A stretch of 64,000 nt of DNA from Candidatus Palauibacter denitrificans (GTDB lineage Bacteria; Gemmatimonadota; Gemmatimonadetes; Palauibacterales; Palauibacteraceae): assembly GCA_009841015.1 (NCBI GenBank), contig VXMQ01000009.1, positions 9,942-73,941 of the forward strand, read 5' to 3'. Below, piece after piece: positions 29,710-37,194 of this stretch (position 1 is its first letter; every line of letters starts with the position of its first letter). Made by a program: the position numbers and the translations under genes. The notes under the pieces are model-generated. The model saw only the letters and a list, made by a program, of their open reading frames with translations. It made no database searches and was not told the DNA's origin.

Positions 29710-31190
29710 TGATTCCCGGCAAGGCCCTGGTCGACCTCGCGTCGGCGCTCTTCGTCGAATGGCACGGCGAGCCGCCGCGGGACATCCGGCCCGTCGCCGC
29801 GGACGGCTCCGCCCGCAGCTACTGGCGTCTCACCGCCCCGGACGGGGCATCCGCCGTGGGCGCCCACGGACCCGACCCGATGGAGAACCGGGCCTTCCTC
29901 TCCTACTCCCGCACGTTGCGCGAACTCGGGCTTCCCGTGCCGGAGGTGTACGGAGCGGACGAAAAATCCGGCGTGTGGCTCCTCGAGGACCTCGGCGACA
30001 CGACCCTCTTCGACGCGATCAAGGAGGCGCGCGATCCGGGATCGGACGCCTTCCCGGACGCCGTCCTCCCCCTCTACCGGCAGGTGCTCGAGATCCTGCC
30101 CCGCTTCCAGGTCGAGGGAGGGAAGCGGATCGACTTCCGCCGGGCCTATCCCCGCGCGGCGTTCGACCGGCAGTCGATCCTCTGGGACCTGAACTACTTC
30201 AAGTACCACTTCCTGAAGCTCGCGCACATCCCGTTCAACGAGGCGGACCTGGAGCGCGACTTCTCGCGGCTCGCCCGCCACCTGCTCGCGTGCGACCGGT
30301 CCCGGTTCCTGTACCGCGACCTCCAGTCCCGCAACGTGATGGTGCGACGGGGGGCGGAGGGTCCGGAACCCTGGTTCATCGACTACCAGGGCGGACGGCG
30401 CGGGGCGCTGCAGTACGACGTGGCGTCGCTCCTCTACGACTCGAAGGCGAATCTTGCGCGCCGGCACCGGGAGGCGCTGCTCGATCACTACATCGGCGTC
30501 CTCGAATCGCATGGGGTCGCGCGGCGCGGCGAGTTCCTCGAACTCTGGCCCGGGTACGTCCTCGTGCGCCTGCTGCAGGCGCTCGGAGCCTACGGTTACC
30601 GGGGGTTCTTCGAACGCAAGCCGCGCTTCCTGCAGAGCGTACCCTACGCGGCGGAGAACCTGCGGGGGCTGCTCAGGGCGGGTCTGCCCGTGGACGTCCC
30701 CGAACTCGAGGGGGCGCTGCGCGCGATCGTCGAGCGCTGGGGCCGCAAGGCGGAGCCGTCGGCGGTCGAGAGGGGGATGGAGGTGACGGTCTCGAGCTTC
30801 CGGTATCCCGGCGGATACCCGGCGGACACGTCGGGTCACGGCGGAGGATACGTGTTCGACTGCCGCGGCCTCCCGAATCCGGGCCGGGAGGAGGCGTACC
30901 GCAACCTCACGGGGCTCGATGAGGAGACGATCGCCTTCATCGCGGCCCGGCCGGAGGCGCAGGAGTTCTGGGAACGGGTGCGGGGAATCGTGGACGCGCA
31001 CATCGCGAACTACCTGGAGCGCGGTTTCCACAGCCTGAGCGTGAGTTTCGGGTGTACGGGGGGACAGCACCGCTCGGTGTACATGGCGGAGCGGCTGCGC
31101 CAGCACCTGAGCGTGCGCTTCCCGGACATCCGCGTGGAGGTCACGCACCGGGAATCGGCCGACTGGCCGCGCCGTCCCGCCCGGGTCTGA
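29709..31190 (+). CDS. Aminoglycoside-phosphotransferase-fold sugar kinase (AmgK-like) fused to a RapZ C-terminal-like domain
   Basis: ATG 29709 overlaps the pyrD TGA. Kinase loop YRDLQSRNVMV and FIDYQGG. The C-terminal ~135 aa (from about nt 30776) match RapZ-C motifs FDCRGLPNPG, TGLD and GCTGGQHRSVYMAE. Confidence 0.75.
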   Translation: MIPGKALVDLASALFVEWHGEPPRDIRPVAADGSARSYWRLTAPDGASAVGAHGPDPMENRAFLSYSRTLRELGLPVPEVYGADEKSGVWLLEDLGDTTLFDAIKEARDPGSDAFPDAVLPLYRQVLEILPRFQVEGGKRIDFRRAYPRAAFDRQSILWDLNYFKYHFLKLAHIPFNEADLERDFSRLARHLLACDRSRFLYRDLQSRNVMVRRGAEGPEPWFIDYQGGRRGALQYDVASLLYDSKANLARRHREALLDHYIGVLESHGVARRGEFLELWPGYVLVRLLQALGAYGYRGFFERKPRFLQSVPYAAENLRGLLRAGLPVDVPELEGALRAIVERWGRKAEPSAVERGMEVTVSSFRYPGGYPADTSGHGGGYVFDCRGLPNPGREEAYRNLTGLDEETIAFIAARPEAQEFWERVRGIVDAHIANYLERGFHSLSVSFGCTGGQHRSVYMAERLRQHLSVRFPDIRVEVTHRESADWPRRPARV

Positions 31191-31240
31191 ACCATGGCCG
31201 TGGGCTGCTTGAGCCAGACGGGGGCGGACGCTTGGAGGCG

Positions 31241-32041
31241 ATGATCTTCGCCGCCGGCCGGGGACGCCGCCTGCGGCCGCTCACGGACGCGACGCCCAAG
31301 GCACTCGTCGACTTCGGCGGCGTCCCTCTGCTGGAGCGCATCGCCGGGAACCTCGTCGCGGCGGGCGCGCACCGCCTGATCGTGAACGCGCATTATCGGG
31401 CCGGGCAGGTGGCGGCGTGGGCGGAGGCGTCTCCGCTGGGCGTCCCGGTGTTCGTGTCGCGGGAAGACGAGGAGTCGCCGGCGCCCCTCGACACGAGCGG
31501 CGGGCTCTTCCACGCCCGGTCGCTGTTCGAGGCGCGGGAACCCTTCCTGCTCCACAACTGCGACGTCGTAACCGAGGTCGACCTCGCCGGGCTGTACCGC
31601 GCCCACCTGGAGGGAGAGGCGCGGGACGGGCGGCTGGCTACGCTCGCGATCGCGGAGCGGGAGACGTCGAGGCCACTGCTGGTGGATGGCCGCGGCGTGT
31701 ACGGGCGCGCGAACCGGGACGAAGGGTGGGAAGTCGTGGCGCGCGAGCCGTCGAGCGCGGACGAGGCCCGGGAGTGCGGCTTCTGCGGCATCCACGCGCT
31801 CTCGCCGAGGGTGTTCGAACGCTACGCGGAAGGAGGCGTCTTTTCGATCATGGATTCGTACATGGACTGGATCGGGGACGGGGAGCACGTCGGCGTGTTC
31901 GACGCGACGGGCGCGGCGTGGTACGACATCGGGACGCCCGAGCGGCTGGACGCCGCGCGGCGCGCGTTCGGGGCGGCATCCGCGGCGGACGGAGCCACCA
32001 CGGTGGGGGCGGATCCCTCGGCGGAGAGGCACGGCGCATGA
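31241..32041 (+). CDS. Sugar-1-phosphate nucleotidyltransferase (MurU-like)
   Basis: Internal ATG at 31241. MIFAAGRGRRLRPLTDATPKALV is the NTP-transferase signature. It lies directly after the AmgK-like kinase. Confidence 0.75.
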   Translation: MIFAAGRGRRLRPLTDATPKALVDFGGVPLLERIAGNLVAAGAHRLIVNAHYRAGQVAAWAEASPLGVPVFVSREDEESPAPLDTSGGLFHARSLFEAREPFLLHNCDVVTEVDLAGLYRAHLEGEARDGRLATLAIAERETSRPLLVDGRGVYGRANRDEGWEVVAREPSSADEARECGFCGIHALSPRVFERYAEGGVFSIMDSYMDWIGDGEHVGVFDATGAAWYDIGTPERLDAARRAFGAASAADGATTVGADPSAERHGA

Positions 32042-33045
32042 AGGCGATCCGCATCAGGGAGCCCGGCGGCCCGGAGGTGCTCGAACTCGTCGAGAGGGAC
32101 GATCCGGTCGCCGGGGCCGGCGAGGTGCTCGTCCGCGTGCGCTGCGCGGGCATCAACCGGGCCGATCTCCTGCAGCGGCTGGGCCGCTATCCGGCCCCCG
32201 CGGACGCCCCGCCGGACATCCCGGGGCTCGAGTTCGCCGGGGAGATCGAGGCGGTCGGGACGGGCGTCGCCGGCTGGTCCGCGGGCGATCGCGCGATGGG
32301 CATTCTGGGCGGCGGCGGCTACGCCGAGCGGGTGGCGGTCCCGGCCGGGCAGCTCCTGCCGGTCCCGCCGACGCTGAACTGGACCGAGGCCGGGGCGATC
32401 CCGGAGGTCTTCCTCACTGCGGCGGACGCCCTCATCGAGCGCGGCCGTCTGCGCCCCGGCGAGACCGTGCTCGTGCACACGGCCGGAGGCGGCGTGGGGA
32501 CCGCCGCCCTGCAACTGGCGCGCGCGAGCGGGGCGGGCGCGATCATCGCCACCGCGTCGGCGGCCAAGCTCGACCGCATCCGCGAAGCCGGACTGCCGCA
32601 CGACCTCACCGTCGACCGCCGGGCCGGCTCCTTCGCCGACGCCGTCGCGCGACACACCGACCGGGCCGGCGCCGACGTCATCCTCGACACCGTCGGCGCC
32701 CCGTACTGGGAGGCGAACATGGCCAGCCTCGCCACCCTCGGCCGCCTCGTCATCGTCGGTGTCATGGGCGGCATGAAGGTCGAGGCCAACCTGCGCACCC
32801 TGATGGGGAAGCGGGCGACCGTCGTCGGCACCGTCCTCCGCGCCCGCTCGAAGGCGGAGAAGGCCCACCTCACGGAGATGTTCGCGACCCGCTTCCTCCC
32901 CGGCTTCACGGCCCCGGAGACCGACCCTTCCCACCTGCGCCCGGTCATCGACCGCGTCTTCCCCCTCGCCGAAGCCGCCGAGGCCCACCGCTACGTCGAG
33001 TCCAACCAGTCCTTCGGCAAAGTCCTCCTCGACATCAATTCATGA
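32038..33045 (+). CDS. NADPH:quinone oxidoreductase (zeta-crystallin / MDR family)
   Basis: ATG 32038 shares ATGA with the upstream stop. Motifs EVLVRVRCAGINRADL, PGLEFAGE and HTAGGGVGTAA. Confidence 0.9.
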   Translation: MKAIRIREPGGPEVLELVERDDPVAGAGEVLVRVRCAGINRADLLQRLGRYPAPADAPPDIPGLEFAGEIEAVGTGVAGWSAGDRAMGILGGGGYAERVAVPAGQLLPVPPTLNWTEAGAIPEVFLTAADALIERGRLRPGETVLVHTAGGGVGTAALQLARASGAGAIIATASAAKLDRIREAGLPHDLTVDRRAGSFADAVARHTDRAGADVILDTVGAPYWEANMASLATLGRLVIVGVMGGMKVEANLRTLMGKRATVVGTVLRARSKAEKAHLTEMFATRFLPGFTAPETDPSHLRPVIDRVFPLAEAAEAHRYVESNQSFGKVLLDINS

Positions 33046-33052
33046 GCAGCCG

Positions 33053-33075
33053 CAGACAGGAGGGGTGCCTGTCTG
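33053..33075 (+). terminator. Weak hairpin after the quinone oxidoreductase gene, at the left island border
   Basis: cagacagg (33053-33060) pairs with cctgtctg (33068-33075) around a 7-nt loop. No U-tract. Confidence 0.25.
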
Positions 33076-33181
33076 TCGCCGCAGGTTCGGCGTGGGTCGT
33101 TGATGCCGCGTTGAGCCCTCGACAGTAGGGTCGACGGATCGCAGACTCCCCTTCACCCACTACCCTAATCTCGGTCAAGCG

Positions 33182-33892
33182 ATGATCGCCTACTGCCTCG
33201 CGGACGTGTTCAACCTGGACCTCTGGCCGCGCCACAAGCCGCCGGTGCAGCCCGAGGTTGAGGAAGGACTTCACGATCTCATCGGTCAGGTGATTTCCGC
33301 AGTGCCATCCGCCACCGAAGTCACCATCCGTCTGTACGGCGGTTGGCACCGGGAGACGCTCACGGCACCGGTGGACATGCGGCACATGATGAGCCGAGCC
33401 ATCGAGAACAATCCCAAGAGATACCGTGCGCAGAGGATTCGGGTTCAACTTGCAGACCACCCGATTTGGGATTCGGCAACCCGCCTCACGCGGTCGTTGG
33501 TCGAATCGCCGATGACACGAGTAAGCGTCCGCCTATCGCCAGCCGAACATTGCGCGTTTCCGCACAGCTGTACGCTTGACGCCCTTAGTAGTTGGTGTTC
33601 GGGCAAGTGCCCCGAGCAAGAGTGCCCGGTCCGGCTACGCCAAGTCGCTCAACGCAGGCGTCAGAAGATGGTGGATACGCTCCTCACGGCCGACGCGATG
33701 GCGATCATACAGGACGGTCGGGCGCACGCCGTCATCATCGCCAGCGACGACGCCGACATGATCCCCGCTCTGCTGGCCCTTTCGGCCTCCGACGTCTCGC
33801 TCACCCACCTTCGCCGTCGCGTCGCGGGTGGTCCGGTGACCCTGTATGATCATGTGTTCGAAAAGACCGGCAGCCACATCAGGAGCTGGTAA
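33182..33892 (+). CDS. NYN (LabA/DUF88-like, PIN-fold) domain protein with a Cys-rich insert; putative nuclease
   Basis: An N-terminal DxxN (CLADVFNL) and C-terminal acidic motifs MVDTLLTADAMAIIQDG and VIIASDDADMIPALL match the NYN layout. Five Cys lie in residues 124-148. The stop is 3 nt before the NACHT gene ATG. Confidence 0.6.
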   Translation: MIAYCLADVFNLDLWPRHKPPVQPEVEEGLHDLIGQVISAVPSATEVTIRLYGGWHRETLTAPVDMRHMMSRAIENNPKRYRAQRIRVQLADHPIWDSATRLTRSLVESPMTRVSVRLSPAEHCAFPHSCTLDALSSWCSGKCPEQECPVRLRQVAQRRRQKMVDTLLTADAMAIIQDGRAHAVIIASDDADMIPALLALSASDVSLTHLRRRVAGGPVTLYDHVFEKTGSHIRSW

Positions 33893-33895
33893 CGC

Positions 33896-36166
33896 ATGGA
33901 CCGATTCGCAGGAATCCGACGTGATGTCGCACCGTTCACGGACCCGGGCTCTGAAATCGAGGTCGGCGAGGGACTGCTACTTTGGCGGAAGGACGGCGTC
34001 GACCATAAGGCGAAGCTGTTGCAGGACCGCGGGCAAGATCTTCCCACTGTCAAGATCGGCAGGGGCGCGGCAATGCCGTATCCGGCCTTTCTTGCCAGCC
34101 ATCACCTGGCCGACCTGCGCAGTTTGGCAGAGTTCATTCTCAAGACGATCCCGCGTTCGGAGACGTACGTTGAGGCACGGGCGAGGCGAGCGGACGAGGA
34201 TGCACCTACCGAATCCTCCGGCACTGGTGAGAAGGCCGAAACTCTCATAGCAGACTTGGCGGACGACGCACCGTATGGGTCGACTCGAATGATCCTCGTT
34301 CGAGGTCCGGCGGGTTCCGGCAAGACGATGGCCCTCAAACACATGACCCGGGCGCGGGCCGACCGTTACTTGACCGGGACTTCAACCGCGCTCTTTTTCT
34401 ACATCGACGCGCAAGGACGTGCGCTATCCCGACTCGACGATGCCATGGCCCGGGATCTGCAGGATCTGCGTTCCCGCTTCTCCTACAACGCTGTACCCCC
34501 GCTAGTGAGACGAGGGCTCCTGGTGCCCGTGATCGATGGCTTTGACGAACTCCTCGGGAGCGGCGGATACGACGAGGCCTTCTCCTCTCTGACGGCGTTC
34601 ATTTCAAAGCTGGATGGGAGCGGTGCCGTTGTGGCGTCAGCCCGTTCGACCTTCTTCGACTACCATAAGTTCCGCGAGAATGCCGACAAGTACGCGCACG
34701 ATGGGAACTTGAACTACGAGGTCGAACCCGTCGAGATCGAGCCCTGGAGCGAGGCAGAGGCGGATGAACTCGTGGCCCTTACGGTGCCGAGTTCGACCGT
34801 GGCCCAGTTCAAGCGATTTCGGGCCGAGCTGGGCGAGTCCAACAAGGCCTTGCTCAAAAAACCGTTCTATGTCTCGCGGATCGCGGAGCTTCTAGAGACG
34901 GGCGACGAGATCGAGTCGCATGAGGCGATACTCGACACGCTCGTCAACGCTTTCCTGCAGCGAGAAAGTCGCCAGAAGTTCTTGGACAAGGACCGCCAGC
35001 CGCTGCTGGACGTAGACGGACATCGGAGGCTGCTCGTCATGCTTGCCGAGGAGATGTGGTGGCTGGAAACTCGGCGACTCGACTTGGAGACCGTAAGAGC
35101 CACGGCCGAACTTCTGCTGGAGGAATTAGGCGTACCCCCCCGTACGGCGTGGCAGGTGATCGGGCGAATGCCATACTACGGCTTGCTTCGCGCCGACGAT
35201 GCGGGCGTCGGACACCTTCAGTTCGAACACGAGACGTTCTACGGGTACTTCCTCGCCGAGGCCTTCAAGCGCTGCATCGAGGGCGAGCGGGGGGAACTCC
35301 GAAGGTTCTTGGCACGCTCCGTGCTTGACGACGCCACGGTCGATGAAGCCATCGGTCGGTACGGCGGAGACGTGGACGCCTGCACGGACGCCGCCATCAA
35401 GATGTGTGAAGTGTTGCGGCGCGGATTGGGAGACAGCGTGGCCCGGCAAAACGCCGGTCGGTTCGTCGCCCGAGCCGTCAAGGCGTGCGGCGAATTGCGG
35501 CCTCGCACGCGATTGAAGCACCTCTATTTTGACCAGGAGGATTTCGGCCAAGCGGCGCTGGTCGAGCCTCATTTCCAGAACTGTTTCTTCGACCGAGTCG
35601 ACTTTACCGCACTCAAGATGGTCCGACCGGCCTTTGGGGAATGCAACATTCAGATGCCGAAGTTGAGTCTAGTGGGCACGCGGCTAGAAGATGCGGATCC
35701 GGGTCTGTTGGACATCGTGACCGGCGTCGAAATCGTCTTGAACGGTGATTCGTCTGGAGAAGCACCGTCGAGGTTGTACGCCCCCGATCAAGTCCGGAAG
35801 ATTCTAGTGCGGCTGGGAATGAAGGGGGAGGACCGCCCCGCGACCGTATCGGAGTATAGTGACCGACAGCAGGCTCGCATACGGCTCGTCGAGCGGTTCC
35901 TTCTCAAGATGGAGCGCCGCTTCTACGTAGCGGAAGAGGACTTCGGCCGCCTGGGCTTGGGGAGCGATCCTGATTGGGATGAGGTGTACGAGCTGCTAAA
36001 GGATCGGAGGGTGGTGAGAATCGAGACTCCGCCCATGTCCGGTCGCCCGAAGCCCCTTGTACGTCTCGGCTATCCCGCAGACTTGATCCGGCGTGGCGAA
36101 AACATCGACGACGGGAGCCGCCCGGCGATCCAGCGCTTCTGGCAAGAATTGTTGGACGTCACCTGA
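33896..36166 (+). CDS. NACHT-type STAND P-loop NTPase with a pentapeptide-repeat-like C-terminal region
   Basis: Walker A ILVRGPAGSGKTMAL, Walker B LLVPVIDGFDELLGS and a following VVASARS segment. The C-terminal stretch FQNCFFDRVDFTALKMVRPAFGECNIQMPKLSLVGTRLEDAD is pentapeptide-like. Confidence 0.8.
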   Translation: MDRFAGIRRDVAPFTDPGSEIEVGEGLLLWRKDGVDHKAKLLQDRGQDLPTVKIGRGAAMPYPAFLASHHLADLRSLAEFILKTIPRSETYVEARARRADEDAPTESSGTGEKAETLIADLADDAPYGSTRMILVRGPAGSGKTMALKHMTRARADRYLTGTSTALFFYIDAQGRALSRLDDAMARDLQDLRSRFSYNAVPPLVRRGLLVPVIDGFDELLGSGGYDEAFSSLTAFISKLDGSGAVVASARSTFFDYHKFRENADKYAHDGNLNYEVEPVEIEPWSEAEADELVALTVPSSTVAQFKRFRAELGESNKALLKKPFYVSRIAELLETGDEIESHEAILDTLVNAFLQRESRQKFLDKDRQPLLDVDGHRRLLVMLAEEMWWLETRRLDLETVRATAELLLEELGVPPRTAWQVIGRMPYYGLLRADDAGVGHLQFEHETFYGYFLAEAFKRCIEGERGELRRFLARSVLDDATVDEAIGRYGGDVDACTDAAIKMCEVLRRGLGDSVARQNAGRFVARAVKACGELRPRTRLKHLYFDQEDFGQAALVEPHFQNCFFDRVDFTALKMVRPAFGECNIQMPKLSLVGTRLEDADPGLLDIVTGVEIVLNGDSSGEAPSRLYAPDQVRKILVRLGMKGEDRPATVSEYSDRQQARIRLVERFLLKMERRFYVAEEDFGRLGLGSDPDWDEVYELLKDRRVVRIETPPMSGRPKPLVRLGYPADLIRRGENIDDGSRPAIQRFWQELLDVT

Positions 36167-36182
36167 TGCAGCCGTGACCGGG

Positions 36183-37163
36183 CTACGAATCGAACCGAAG
36201 CTCCCCGCTCCCGAGTGGCTCAACACCAACTTCGCGAATCCCGTTGCAGATGAGCCCCGCGAGCCAGTGGGCGCGGTGATATCTGAGAGTCTTGCGACCT
36301 CCTTCGGTGAGGTAGGTCACCTTGAGTCGCTGGGTGATGCAATTGAGCTGTGATCGGTCGCTCAGGTCCCACCAGCTGAGTCGCACGAAGCTGACCGCTG
36401 CGAAGACATGACGCCGGTTCTCCAGTATCCTCCTCGATGATTCCGAGTATATCCGCTCGTGGATCCGCTTGGAGAGAGACGTATGCGCCTCACGCAGCGC
36501 GTCAAGGACGGGCGGGCCAGCGCCGAGCGTCATGGTCATGTCCGCCGGAAGACAATCCGTCAGATCCACGACCAACGCACCGCCGTGGAAACGCTTTCGT
36601 AAGCGACCGTCTTCCTGCCTAAGGGTGAGTTGCCTTGCTGCCTTTGAAACCATGTTGCCGACATGGCTGAGGCTTTGAGGCCGCTTGACCTCGACCGAAT
36701 ACTCCATGGTGTTCTTCTTGATTATCACATCTGGACTTTTTTCGTCCTTCTTCAGATTGACGATGACCGGTGCCGTGCCAGCGGCGGCAATCATGGCGCT
36801 AGCCCAAAGTTCACTCTGCGCGCGATAAGCCGCGTGAGGGGTGGTTCCAAGTGCGCCGCCGATTGCGCGTCGGAGAGACGTGACGACCGGGTCAGACCGC
36901 TCGGATCCGAGCATATTGCCGATCACAAAAAAACTCTGCGCGTCGCGAACAGCATGGGCGATTTGCTTGAGTTGGTCAGGTGAAGCCGGGAAAGCCTTGC
37001 CTGAGGGGACTGAGTGCAGCACATCGATGGCCCTAAAGAGGCGGCTGCCAGGGGATACGGAGAACCCTGCCCATTTCTCGATCTTTCTTATCGTGTCGTT
37101 GAGGCGGTCAGCGAGAAGGGGCATCGCTTGGGGTGTAAGCTGTCTGTCGGAGGTCGACGTCAT
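36183..37163 (-). CDS. Hypothetical protein, possible PD-(D/E)xK nuclease fold; last gene of the nine-gene operon
   Basis: Internal ATG at 37163, 31 nt after the DUF499 stop. SPDVIIKKNTMEYSVEVKRPQ fits a D...E-x-K motif. No strong Shine-Dalgarno. Confidence 0.5.
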   Translation of the reverse strand: MTSTSDRQLTPQAMPLLADRLNDTIRKIEKWAGFSVSPGSRLFRAIDVLHSVPSGKAFPASPDQLKQIAHAVRDAQSFFVIGNMLGSERSDPVVTSLRRAIGGALGTTPHAAYRAQSELWASAMIAAAGTAPVIVNLKKDEKSPDVIIKKNTMEYSVEVKRPQSLSHVGNMVSKAARQLTLRQEDGRLRKRFHGGALVVDLTDCLPADMTMTLGAGPPVLDALREAHTSLSKRIHERIYSESSRRILENRRHVFAAVSFVRLSWWDLSDRSQLNCITQRLKVTYLTEGGRKTLRYHRAHWLAGLICNGIREVGVEPLGSGELRFDS

Positions 37164-37194
37164 CGGGCGTGGTATCGCTTGGCGGGGGCTCGGG

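Noticed and set aside
33046-33181. Compared the left island border with the right border (53129-53300 and 53547-53562) for att-like direct repeats or a tRNA fragment.
   Set aside because: I found no shared segment of 10 nt or more by eye and no tRNA-like sequence. This cannot be excluded without a computed alignment.
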